Assembly: GCF_026210795.1 (NCBI RefSeq)
Contig: NC_089433.1
Span: 5,394,001 to 5,458,000, forward strand
From: Rhizophagus irregularis
Taxonomy: Eukaryota
Direction of reading: 5' to 3'
DNA: 64,000 nucleotides
The notes under the pieces are model-generated. The model was not told where the DNA came from. It searched no databases and was given only the letters and a program-made list of their open reading frames with translations. Positions 1 through 12,200 of this stretch are shown here, one piece after another; positions within the stretch are counted from its first letter, which is position 1; every line of letters begins with the position of its first letter. A program made the position numbers and the translations under genes.

Positions 1-744
1 TTATAGATCCAATTTATAAATTTAGAAAAGTTTTAAATTAAATAATATTGTACTCTCAAATATGCACAAAATTTTTAGGAAATATGCAAAAAAAACATTA
101 ATGTTAAAATTAAATATTAATATAACCATTTGTTTATTGTCATTCTATTGGAACGAAAATATTTATTATTTACAGTACATGCGTATAATTTTTTATTTCT
201 AGTTCGTACAAATTCTCGACTAGCGATCATCCATACAGTACATGGCTTAGACATCGTGAATTTCATGAGATTTCACAGTTAAATGCAGCAATTATGTAAT
301 GTGTATTTATAATATTCATAATGTACTATATAATTATTATGAATAATATGCAGCAAATATCCGCTACATCAAAATAACCGTAAATTTATTGAATCAAGAA
401 TTCTGTTAATGAATAAAATACAAAAAAAAGAAATTAACATGTATGAAAAAACCATACATCAGTGACTCATTTAGCAGATAATAAATAACTACTTTACGTC
501 CGTGCGACTATCGCTAGTGTAAATTCGTGAAAGTTATATTTATCGCTGTTTCAAATTAGTGCGAGTGTGCGACCCCCTGTATGTCATCCCTTAAGGAAAT
601 CGGTTTTCACAAATCTGGAAATTCCTGAATTTCCTGGATAAATAAGTAGAGAAGGGTCAATTATTAGCGATCTCCGAAGGAATTCCTACAAAAATTCAAA
701 TATTTTCCTATGTGCGAGTTTTAAAATTGTGTATCACTCATATA

Positions 745-1214
745 AGTGTTCCGAAAGGGTCGGGTCAAACCCGGGTTGTTGACCCGACTCGTATTTAGGG
801 GTCGGGTTGGGGTCGCATGATTTGATGACCCGACCCGTAGATTCGTGTTATACCTTTATTTTGATTTTTTGACCCGGCGACCCGAATCTTTTTATTATAT
901 TTTTAACTAAAAATTTAAATTTTTTTATATTACAGCTGTTTTCATAAGACCTGGGACAAAATAAAATTTTCAAATCAAACTATCAAATCAGGATCACGTG
1001 CCCAGCTAAAAATACCATCGGCGAATCGGGTTCAAAAATTTAGTTTGTCCCAGGTCTTATGAAAACAGCTGTAAATACAACTTGACGGGTCGAACCCGGG
1101 TTATCCGAGTCAGACTATAATCAGGTCAAGTCGAATCCGAGTCGTTACTTTTACACTCGGGTCGAGTTCTAATACACCTCAAAATCCGACCCGACTCGAC
1201 CCCTTCGGAACACT
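745..1214. mobile_element. hAT-like MITE (middle layer)
   Basis: Ends AGTGTTCCGAAAGGGTCG / CGACCCCTTCGGAACACT, with many internal GACCCG/CGGGTC subterminal motifs. TSD not recognisable. Confidence 0.65.
933..1071. mobile_element. Tc1/mariner-type MITE (inner layer)
   Basis: Perfect 28-bp TIR CAGCTGTTTTCATAAGACCTGGGACAAA, flanked by TA on both sides. Confidence 0.9.
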
Positions 1215-1733
1215 AAGTGAGTGTGTCATATTTTCAAGTGAATCTACTTAAATAACTGAAATTTCCCAAGATTTCCTCTGGTAATCACACGCTTCTCTGC
1301 ATAGTTATTCAAGAAAATTCCAGATTCTCCAGATTGTGTAAACAGTGGATGACGCACAGGGGTCGCACTACGCACTAATTTGAAAACAGCGATAAATAAA
1401 TTTTCTTCTTTTATTTTATAACAATGAAATTGGCTAAATTAAAAAGTGTATTTGAAAACATCATCACTTTTTGTTAAAAAACACAATATAATATTTCACA
1501 ATAATTAATTGTAACGATTAAATATTTTTTAAGAAAAAACGAAAAGTCCCAGATTATCAATTTTGAGGTGATACAAAAAATAGTAAACTATTTTTATCAT
1601 GGGATAAAGTTTTATTTGTTGGCTACAATTGGCACATGATTGAATGACACCATTAAATATGAATACAATTGCGTAATTAAACAATTGATTCAATCTGATC
1701 CCTTACAAATTTTTTTCGTTATAAACATAAAAC

Positions 1734-4063
1734 ATGTCGATTTCTGGCACACAGATTTTATTATGGTGTTTGGTTCGAGGAGGATCCGTTTTTAACATTA
1801 CTATAGAAAGGAATAATCGAGTTTCTGATCTCAAAAAAGCTATCAAAAATAAGAAACCAAATGATTTTGCTAATGTCGATGCAGATAGACTCACGTTATG
1901 GATGCTTAAAAACACTGTTAATATTAACGAGATTCAAAGCCTATTTCTTCAAGATAACGAGAATGACCAAAATATAGTTTTATTAAAGGATATGCGAAAA
2001 ATTGAGAGTTATTGGCCTGAAGATCAAAACCATTCCGAAGATTATATCCACGTTGTCGTGGAACCACCAGTTCCTACCGGTAAGTTACTGTATAACAAAT
2101 TTAATCAACGTTATATAGCGTAACTTTCCTTCATTATCATATGCCAATAATATTTAATCTTGCGCCTACTTCGTCTAACACATTAGAGCAACTCTTTACC
2201 GGTAAGCGAGTCTTAATAAATTTATAAACGCGGTGGCTTGTACTTACTGTGCTATAACCTTAATAAACATAGCAACAATTTCTTCACTCTGTATTATTTT
2301 TAACAATGATTAAGTAAACTTACGCTTCTTTCCTGACCAGGCCAAGTAGGAGCTCATTCACTTTCTCCTTCTAATGCAGATAACGACATGTTAAAACGGC
2401 AAAAGCTTATAAAAGGTTAACTTTGCATGTATCATGTTTGGTCGAGTTATACTTCATGCCTTCTTATTGCTTTTTTCTCATTCATAGAGTATCAGGTGTG
2501 GCCTTGAGGCGAATAGCCCCTCGGTTAAAGCCAGACCTGAAAAGTTCTTTAAGGATCAACAAACAAATCCAATCCTTAATGGTCGACCGCTTGAAAACAC
2601 CGGTCCTCCTATTGCTCTTTTCAATAACACCTTTAGCTTATTTCTTAATGATTTTCATAATGAAAATTTGGAAATAACTTCTGATTTTTTGATATGGACT
2701 GAGGAACTTATTCTTGCAGCAGCAGATAGTTATGATAATGAGGAAGAACGGAATGAAAAAATAAGAGTGATACTTATGGAAAAATTGGAGCCATATTGTT
2801 GATTGAGTCCGGGAAAATAAAGCAAAAGTGTAAGAGTGATGGGATATTTACGATTACATCAGGCTTATTCTTCGTTCATTCGAGTAAAAATGATCCCACC
2901 ATCCAAGGAGCGATATATTACAGAGATTACTGGTCTCAACAAAATGTATGTTTAATTTTAATCCTTTGGTTAATGCTGTTCAAATCCATGTGTTCACATG
3001 GTCATATAGTAATTAATATCTTTTACTTAGGTTGAACAAATCCGAAATTGTTGTTGCGCTCCATCTTTCATTATCGCCATGGTCGGTGCGTGGTTTTGTA
3101 TTCTCGGAGGTGTCTTCCTTAGCAGGGTGGTAGTTCAGCCATTGACTGACTTGATTCCTCTCACAATAAATTTACAAGACTTTGATGAAGTGAGACGAAT
3201 TGCTCGTCTTTTTTATTCGTTATCTCGTGCATTACAACAGCTTAGTTTGTTTTACCAAAATTTGAAATTGACACCATCGGATCAACGATTCTTTCCTTAT
3301 ATTCGACAGTTCCCATTCAAAGGAGAAGATATTAATTTCACTTACATAAATGAAATATTTGATGATCATACAAGAACTATCTGGAAAGCAAAAAAAGAAA
3401 ATGGTCAAATTATTGTCGTAAAATTTACACCCAAATACAATATCGAAGCACACAACATCTGTTCGAGTATTTTCGTGCCCCAGATTTGTTCTATTGTAGC
3501 GATGATAATGAAGCAAAAACTCTTTGGGATTTAAGATGGTCATCATGGAGTATATTTCCGCTATTTCACTTGACCAAAAATTCATTAAAGGCGAAATCAA
3601 GACTGAGTCTTGTAAGGTTATTTACGAAGATATTAAGCAAGCCATTGGATTGCTACATGAGAAAAACTTTGTGTTTGCGGATCTCCGCGCTTCAAATATT
3701 TTGATTATTGACACAGAAGAAAATCAGCGGGCAATGCTCGTCGATTTTGATTGGTGTGGAAAAAGCGATGAAGACAGATACTCTCCGTCAATGAACAAGA
3801 ATATATCGTGGCCTCTCGGGGCAAAACCGCGCACCTTGCTCAGAAAAGACCATGACCTTTATTGGCTTGATGTGTTGTTGCGTGAGTTTTTGAGGTATGT
3901 TCTCTTCCTCTCATTTAATAATCTGTGCGTAATATTGGCTCTATTTATATTTACTTTACTTTATATTCCAGTCCAACAGATACTGTACACTCATATTCGA
4001 TATGCCAGTAGGTTCTCATATGTCTACCGCATCAAGAATTTGCTCTTCAGGATGAAGATATGA
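1734..4063 (+). pseudogene. CRN: Crinkler (CRN)-type effector-like gene: ubiquitin-like N-terminus, REase-like region and protein-kinase-like C-terminus; frameshifted
   Basis: The N-terminus LWCLVRG..FNITI..VSDLKKAIK..DADRLTLW..IHVVVEPP matches the CRN header. Downstream motifs are NGRP..GPPIALF, SDG..DPTIQGAIYY, VVKFT, VFADLRASNILI and LVDFDWCG. Exons seen at 1734-2079, 2187-2201 and 2341-2415, then from ~2488. Frameshifts near 2488, 2785 and 3480-3530. The 3' end is approximate. Confidence 0.8.
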
Positions 4064-4367
4064 ACATATTGTGAACATTTTAACGAGCTATTTGTTTGTC
4101 GATTATCGTAACTTTCATCTTCACAACAAAATCACATTGTGTAATTAATTAGATTACTTGTACACGTAGGGTCATGATTTTTAACAAATGTATATGTGTA
4201 GTATGGGTTTGTAACTGCATTGGAATAATAAAAGTATTTGCGTATTTGCATTTAACATTTTTATGCACAATTTAAAATTTTATTTTTGCCGTTCATCACA
4301 TTCTTTCAAACAGTGTCAAACAAAAAAAATTTTGATTTGTGGAACGGCTCTATAAAAAATATTATTA

Positions 4368-4612
4368 CAGCTGATTCCATAATATACGGGACACCCATTA
4401 TTTTTACTCCATGCGGAGAGAAACTCAGTAAGATTCGGCATAACTCAAAAACTAACACCACTGCGCTCGGACCAGTATTCTGAATCTAACAATATAATTT
4501 TTATCTTATTCTGAACTTTACCGAGTTTTATAGAATGTACCGAATTTTATCGAATATGCCGAGTTGTCTCTCGGTATGTGACTAGGTGTCCCATATATTA
4601 TGAAATCAGCTG
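4368..4612. mobile_element. Tc1/mariner-type MITE, related to 933-1071
   Basis: TIR CAGCTGATTCCATAATATACGGGACACC / GGTGTCCCATATATTATGAAATCAGCTG with TA on both sides. Confidence 0.85.
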
Positions 4613-5057
4613 TAAAATATATGCCGAAATATATATGGAATGGCGAATTGTAGATTCCAAAATCCCAAATCCCAAATCCCAAATCGTAAAGCCGGCCAGA
4701 ATTAAATGGAAGCTCAATTTAATATCACGTGACACAAATTGACCAATAGTAATATAGTCAGCGGGTTTGGGTCTTTGGGATTTAATAAATTTATTTATTT
4801 TAAAATTACTTTTCATTCCTTTCATTTATTTATTTCTTAATTTTACATTATATCCTAATTGCCTACATAAAAAAAAGTATTCAAATAAGGACACCAGATC
4901 GGTCTTTCACTTCCACCAATTGATTTTCCAATTATGCACTAAATAATTATTACCCATTAAAAATTTAAAATAGATTATTTTTAAAAAAAAAAAATTCAAA
5001 TTTATAAAAATAAAATTACATATAGTTCGATATCAATGGAATATAATAACATGGGAT

Positions 5058-5283
5058 TAGGGATTGGAATCGATTAATCGAAAATCGACAAAACATAGTA
5101 AAATCGATTCTCAAGAATCGATTCTCAGCAATTTTTTACATATAAGTTAACCTGACTCCATAGTAATTTTTCATGCCGGCCAATTGCTGATTATTTTTGC
5201 TGAAATTAGAAACTGATTCAAAGTCAGATTGGTCGTCTATAAGAAAAATCTTGAAAAGATTCGATTTTCGATTCCAATCCCTA
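5058..5283. mobile_element. hAT MITE
   Basis: TIR TAGGGATTGGAATCGA / TCGATTCCAATCCCTA. Perfect 8-bp TSD CATGGGAT at 5050-5057 and 5284-5291. Internal AATCGA repeats. Confidence 0.92.
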
Positions 5284-7331
5284 CATGGGATATTCTACGT
5301 AAAAGGTTGAATCAATCTTTAGGTACTTACATTTTCATATGCCGGTTCATATAAGATCGCCAATCTTCTATATACAAAAGAAATATACTAGAAAGATGAC
5401 AAAAGAAAAAATAAATTATTGTAAAATTTCATTAGTCAGTGGCTTGATCGGAAGACACACGTGATTAAATTTCGACTGCAAATCACAAAATAATTTTTAA
5501 AATATTATATTTTGTCGCGTATTGCAGTATTGCATAAAGTTAACATAAATGCATAATTATATAGTATTAAGTATTAACCGGTAAACTTAATTGTATACAC
5601 TCAATTCATTAGCTTCTGCAGATATAGTTTATATTGTTTTTACAAAATGTTAGCTGATACATGGAATAATATGTTAAGTTTTGGCTTCGTTGTTTATATA
5701 AACTTTATTCATAAACATTTTGTTTACAGGTATTGAAATACAAAATTAACAAAAAATTTAACTAACTTTAAGGAAAATGTGACAACAAAGGAAGAATCAA
5801 ATCTACATTCATTTTAAATACCAACAATTTAGGATCCTCCGATTAAGCTATTTAATCGAAAATTCTAGTGGTTCTATAAAATGCTTAAAGTTCAGTATGT
5901 TGATGAGCAGAAAGAAACGAAATTACTATGCTACCTAATATTATTTAAGTTATAACTAGATGAAATTTTGTAGAGATCAGTAAACAATACTAAAACATTT
6001 TGTTTTATTTGCCACGTCATTTAATTATCATGCTTTCTATACCTAAAGCATTTATAAAGGTCTACAGCAACGCAGGTTGATTGCGCCGCCAAAATTACTC
6101 CGATATACTATACTATATAATTCGGCACGTGGTCTACTAAATTTCACGTGTGCTCTCTTAAAAAAATTAGTGGTGTAAGTGTAACCCTACGTAACGATTA
6201 ACGACGAAATATGGAAATAACGGTATTAAAGGAATATGTTTTCCATCATACAAACAAAGGTAACTTTCGTCCTCATCTTCATTAATATTATTACAGTATT
6301 TTCTCAAATTCTTCGGTTGAAACCATTGATTTTTTGTATTTTTTGTTGAATAAAATAAATTTCGGAGACTTTCGGCTTTTCGATGAATGAACTTTCGCCA
6401 AATGAAAGGATTCGGTCTTAGCCTAATCTCCTTTGTTTCAGTAAGCATTCAACCATTAATTTGCCGAAGCAACTAATTTTACCCTCTTATTAATAATATT
6501 ACATTTCTTAGATAAAAGATTTAATAAATAGGTTTCTCGTTAATCTCGTTATTATTAAAAAAAATTGGCAATATGGCAATAAAAAAAAATTGGCGAGAAA
6601 AAAAAATGACGAGAAAAAATACATTTGATATTTATATATAGTTTCAAATGTATTGAACCTATTAAACCACAGAAAATCCACAAGGCTTTGCGTAAAAAAA
6701 AAGCAGATAAAAAAAAATGCAGGATTGCCCAGTCGGTGGTATCCGTTCGCAAATAAAATTTTTAAATGCCAGATTTCCCCGGATATCCTTTAAAAGGACT
6801 TTCCCCAACAAAATGACAGATAAAATGACAGCTATTTAAATTCAAGGCTCGTGACATGTATTTTTTTTCCTGTAAATGATTATAATGTTATCAACTTTAA
6901 AAAAAAAAAAATGATAAATTTAGATGATCTCGACATAAAATTCAGATGTCCCTGCACGAAAACTATTTGAGGTTTATTCTACGTTTAGGAAAAAAAAGAA
7001 ACGCCTTAGTGCCTAATGCATATAATAAAAACCAATTTAGAATTACCTAGACTGAAACGAAATCATGAGCTCCATTAAAACAGTGTCCGATTACACTTGA
7101 TCATCATGAGTCTATACAATGAGTGCCCTTATTAGTTAAATAGGGCAAAAGAATAGTACAATGCAACAATGATTGTCATTTCTAATAGATTTATTTTTTT
7201 TCCGAGTCAAAAAACCTACAAACTAGCTCATACTAACTTTTTTTTTATGTACCCACTTCGTCATATTTTTTTTTCTTTTTCTCCTTTTCCCCCCCTTTTT
7301 TAAATAATATAATTTTAAATAATAATAATTG

Positions 7332-7363
<32 letters not shown>

Positions 7364-7491
7364 TTATTCACAAAGAATCATTTCAATAATTCCCTAAAAA
7401 TGCTTAGCGTAACGTACTTTCCAATAATTGACTAATTATGTAACGTTTTTTTTTATTTTAAAAAAAAAATATTTTTTGTTCGATTTATTTA

Positions 7492-7510
7492 TTTCTCTCA
7501 CTCTCTCACT

Positions 7511-7544
<34 letters not shown>

Positions 7545-7545
7545 T
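7492..7545. repeat. (CTCTCA)n microsatellite upstream of the kinesin gene
   Basis: About 8 tandem CTCTCA units. Confidence 0.9.
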
Positions 7546-7914
7546 CTCTCTTACTTTATAGTCGATTTTTTTTTTTATTTTTCATTCGACCTTTAAAAGT
7601 TTGTGGAGAAATATTTTTTTTTAATTAATTCATATATTTAATTTTATATATATATATATATCTATCTATCTAACTATTTCTATATACAGTATATAGTTTA
7701 CTTTTATTATTTTGTATAAAAAATCCTTTTCTTGTACTTATTTATCCATCAGATCCTTTTTATATATTAATAAACCAGCGGGCTGGAGAAGAAAAAAGAA
7801 AAAAATACTTTTTTTACCCTTTATTTTTTTTTTATTTTTTTTTTTTGAAAAAAACTATTCGATAGACAATAATTTTATTATTAAAAATTTTATTTATATA
7901 ATTTCTTTAAAATA

Positions 7915-9174
7915 ATGACATCTGAAGGTGCAACTTCGGTGCAAGTTGGTAAGCAAAAAAAAAAAATTGAAATTTCTAAAAGTCTTTTCATTTTATCCTT
8001 ATTCATTTCCATTTTCGAGTCTCATTTAAGATTAATTTAACAAACAAATAAACGGTCACATGTCAATATTACATAATAACCCTAACAAAAAACCTTCTTT
8101 AAATTATACATTAGCTGTCCGAATAAAACCGATTACCGACGAAGATTTAGAAAAATTACCTACAAGATTTCAACGTCAAGTAATTACTACTCCATCTCCA
8201 CATCAAATTGTTGTTGAAGGAGAGAAAAGACAATTTTATCATTTTGATCATGTATTTCCTCCTGAAACCACTCAAGAAGAAATTTATGAAAAATCTGTTG
8301 AAAATTTAGTGGATAAATTTTTAGAAGGTATAAAAATGGTTCATTGTTTCATATTGTGTGGCGCAGCCTATTTGCATTTTAAGTTTTAGATTTATTTATT
8401 TTTTTTTTTTTCCTCCATTAGGTTACAATGTGACAATATTAGCGTACGGTCAAACATCTTCAGGAAAGACCCATACAATGGGTACAGCCGATAATTCATC
8501 TATACCATATCATAATAAAGGAATAATTCCTCGTGCTATAGCAACTTTATTTCATACAATGAATACTTCTTCATTATATATGAATCGAAAATTTTCAATA
8601 AAAGTTTCATTTATAGAAATTTATAATGAAGACTTAATTGATTTACTTGGTGAAGGTGAGGGAGAATCTAGACCTCAAGTCATGATACGTGAAGATTCAA
8701 AAGGTCATATTTATTGGAGTGGTTTACAAGAACTTCAAGTTAATAGTGTTGATGATGTTATAGCGTATGTATAAAATTATTTATTTGATTACATTTAATT
8801 ATAATTTCTAAAATCATTGTATATTTGTAGTTATTTGGCAAGAGGTTCATTAAATAGACAAGTTGGTGCTACTGATATGAATGCGAAATCTTCTAGATCA
8901 CATGCCATTTTCTCTCTTACAATGTCACAACAAAAATTAGTAAATCATAATGGTTATAATAATTATTCAAATCCTGGTTCAAGACCAACAACTCCATCTT
9001 CAAAATTAATGGGTTCAAGAGCTAATTCAAGATTAGATTCAAGATTTGATGATGAAAGTGATTGGATCACCATAACTAGTAAATTTCATTTTGTAGATTT
9101 GGCTGGTAGTGAAAGGGTAAGTTATATTGTTCAAATTAAATTTAACCTATTACATCTTTCATTTAATACATCTC

Positions 9175-9208
<34 letters not shown>

Positions 9209-12200
9209 GCTAAAACGTACTGCAGCAAGTGGAGATCGTGCAAAAGAGGGGATATCAATTAATTCAGGTTTATTAGCGTTAGGGAATGTAATTTCAGCTT
9301 TAGGAGATCCAAATAAAGCAAAACATACAACTCATATTCCTTATAGAGATTCTAAACTTACTCGTTTATTACAAGATTCTCTTGGAGGAAATGCACAAAC
9401 TTTAATGATTGCTTGTGTTTCTCCCGCAGAATTTAATCTTAACGAAACTGTCAACACTCTTAAATATGCAAATAGGGCTCGTAATATTAAAAATAGTGCT
9501 GCTATCAATCAAGAAGAAACTGGTTGGAATGACATAATACATTTACAAAATCTTGTAGTAAAGCTTCGTAGTGAAATATCAAATTTAAAAGTTGCATTAT
9601 CTAATGCAAATTCTAATAATGGAACGTTATCCCCTGGTAGAACTACACCTGTTGAAGGAATTAGTAGAATCAAATCACCAACCGCAGGTTATTATTCTTC
9701 AATACCAACGGGAAGAGTAACACCAACTCCTGGGATACCGACGGGAAGAAGCACACCCACAGCTTCTGGGATACCGACGGGAAGGAGTACACCCACAACT
9801 TCCGGTATACCAAATGGAAGGAGTACACCTACATCAGGAATTCCTGGACCATCAGGAATTCCAGGAAGAAGTACGCCTACATCAGGAATTCCTGGACCAT
9901 CTGGTATTCCAGGAAGAAGTACGCCTACATCGGGAATACCTGGAAGGAACACCCCAACAAAATCAGGAATTTCTTCAGGTATTCCAGGAAGAACTACACC
10001 AACATCAGGCGGTATACCTTCTGTAATAACACGTCGTACATCACGTCCATCACGTCCATCTTCACCACTTACAACCTTCTCACATGGAAATTATTTGGCA
10101 AATAATAGTAAAGATACGGAAGCTATGGAAGATGAATTGATGCAGCTTCGAGCATCATATGCTGAACTTTCACGAAAATATGCAAAAACTTCTGCCGAGC
10201 TTGCTATGCATCAAGATAATAATCCCGACGAATTACATAATCTTAAAGGACCTGTAATTGAAGAATATGAAAAATCAATATCATCACTTGAAAGTAATTT
10301 AGCCATGACAATTGCAGCATTAACTCATGCCGAGAATGCATTGAAAGAAATTGAAGAAAGAAATGCTATGTTGGAAAAAAACCAAGAACAAACAAAGAGT
10401 CTTAATAATAACTTACAGAAATATATTAAAGAACTTGAATCAAAACGTGATACTGAAACAAAAGTGGTGACTGCACGTGAAGATCATTCAGAAAAATTTG
10501 TTAGTGAAGCTGTGAAAGTACTTGAAGAACGATTACGCGATCGTGAGGCTGCTTATAAAGAATTAGAAGAAAAATTAAAACGTTCTGGTGTAGATCAAGA
10601 AAAACATGTACTTTTGAATAAAATCGATAGTAAAGATAAACGAATTAGTTTTCTTGATAGCAAACTTACTCAACTTGGTGATGAAGTTGATAAATTAAGA
10701 AGATTGGAAAATAAACAAAATTCAAGTACAATGAATTTTTATAATATGTCGGAAAGAGATCAATTGACCATCAAATCTCTTGAATCAAAACTTCGACAAA
10801 CTGAAACAGAACTTGATGAAGCAAAATTAAAATATCAAGAATTACAATCAAGGTTAGATAATAGTTCAGAATTCACGGCAACGCCTATTACACCCATGAC
10901 TCCTATGACACCTGCCACACCACATAATGAATACAATAATAATAATATAAATGGTTCAACAAAGCTTGGTGTACATCGAAAAGCAAAATCTTTATCAGCT
11001 GATCTCAAATCAGAAAATCATTCTGCAATTATTGAAAAACTTCAATTTGAGTTAAAATTATTCGAATCTTTTAATAAGGACAAACAACAAAGTTTAGATG
11101 CTGTTAAACGTGAATTGAACCATTTAGAAATAGATTATCAAGAAACATTACAATTGGTTAATGATCTTCAAGAAGAACTTAAAAAACGTGATGGTATATC
11201 AAATTCAGAACCAGCAAACTCATCTAATTCTCAATTACTTCAAGAAGTTGAAAAACTCAAGGAGAAAGAAAAACAACTTTTACAGAATATCGAAGTACAT
11301 GAAACCGAACATAAAAAACATGTAGAAGAAATTGAAAGGTTAGAATCAAATATTCGTGATCTTCGTAAACAAATGACCGAAGAAACTTCTGATGATAAAA
11401 ATGAAGAATTAATGATATTACGTGAATACGTGGCTAACAACAAAGATTATGAAAATATCATTAAACGACTTGAAGATGAGCTTCGAGAAGTTAAAGAATC
11501 GCATAATCAAGAGAAGAAATCAACTACATCATCAAAAGACAATAGTATTACGAATAATGATGAATCTTCGGCTGATAAACTTGAACAAAACGTTGACGAA
11601 AATGTAATAGCATTGGAAAGTACCGTTAAAAATCTTGAAAATAAACTTTCTTCTCTCAACTTGGACATTAAAAACAAAGATAACATTATTGAAAAAGAAT
11701 TGGAAAATAAAGGGTTATTACAAAAGCACCTCAAAGATAAAGAAACTGAGGTAGCTATTCTTACAAAACAATTGATGGATCTTAGGAAACAAGATGATGA
11801 TGTGCAGAGGAGAATGAAAGAGCTCCAAGCGCAATTAGGTAGCGTCAAGGAAATCAATAAGTCATTAGAAAGTGATTTGGATAATATTAAGAATGAATTG
11901 AAAGTTGTAAAAGAGAATGAAGCTCAAGCACTTGAACAATTACAAGTACTAGACGCTGAAGAGTTGAAACTTCAACAAGAATTGGCGCAATTACGCAATA
12001 CAGAAATAACGCAACGAGAACGAATTGCTGTATTAGAAGCTCAATTATCAGAGAAAGGTGCACAGATTGATAATGAACTTATAAATGTAAAATCAGAATT
12101 AGCAATTTCAAAAGAATCAGAAATTACCAACAAAGAAACAATTGCTCAGTTAACAAAAAATATTTCAGAAATTGATAATGAGCTTACAAATGTACAATCA

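Larger units (their letters stand above)
537..1399. mobile_element. Degenerate foldback/MITE (outer layer of a three-level nest)
   Basis: TATTTATCGCTGTTTCAAATTAGTGCG...GCGACCCCCTGTATGTCATCC at ~537-590 is inverted at ~1346-1399. Imperfect inversion continues inward (AATCTGGA...AGAGAAG). No clear TSD. Confidence 0.65.

Noticed and set aside
219..519. Possible CACTA-like MITE (ACTAGCGAT / ATCGCTAGT)
   Set aside because: Only a 9-bp inverted match, with no TSD.
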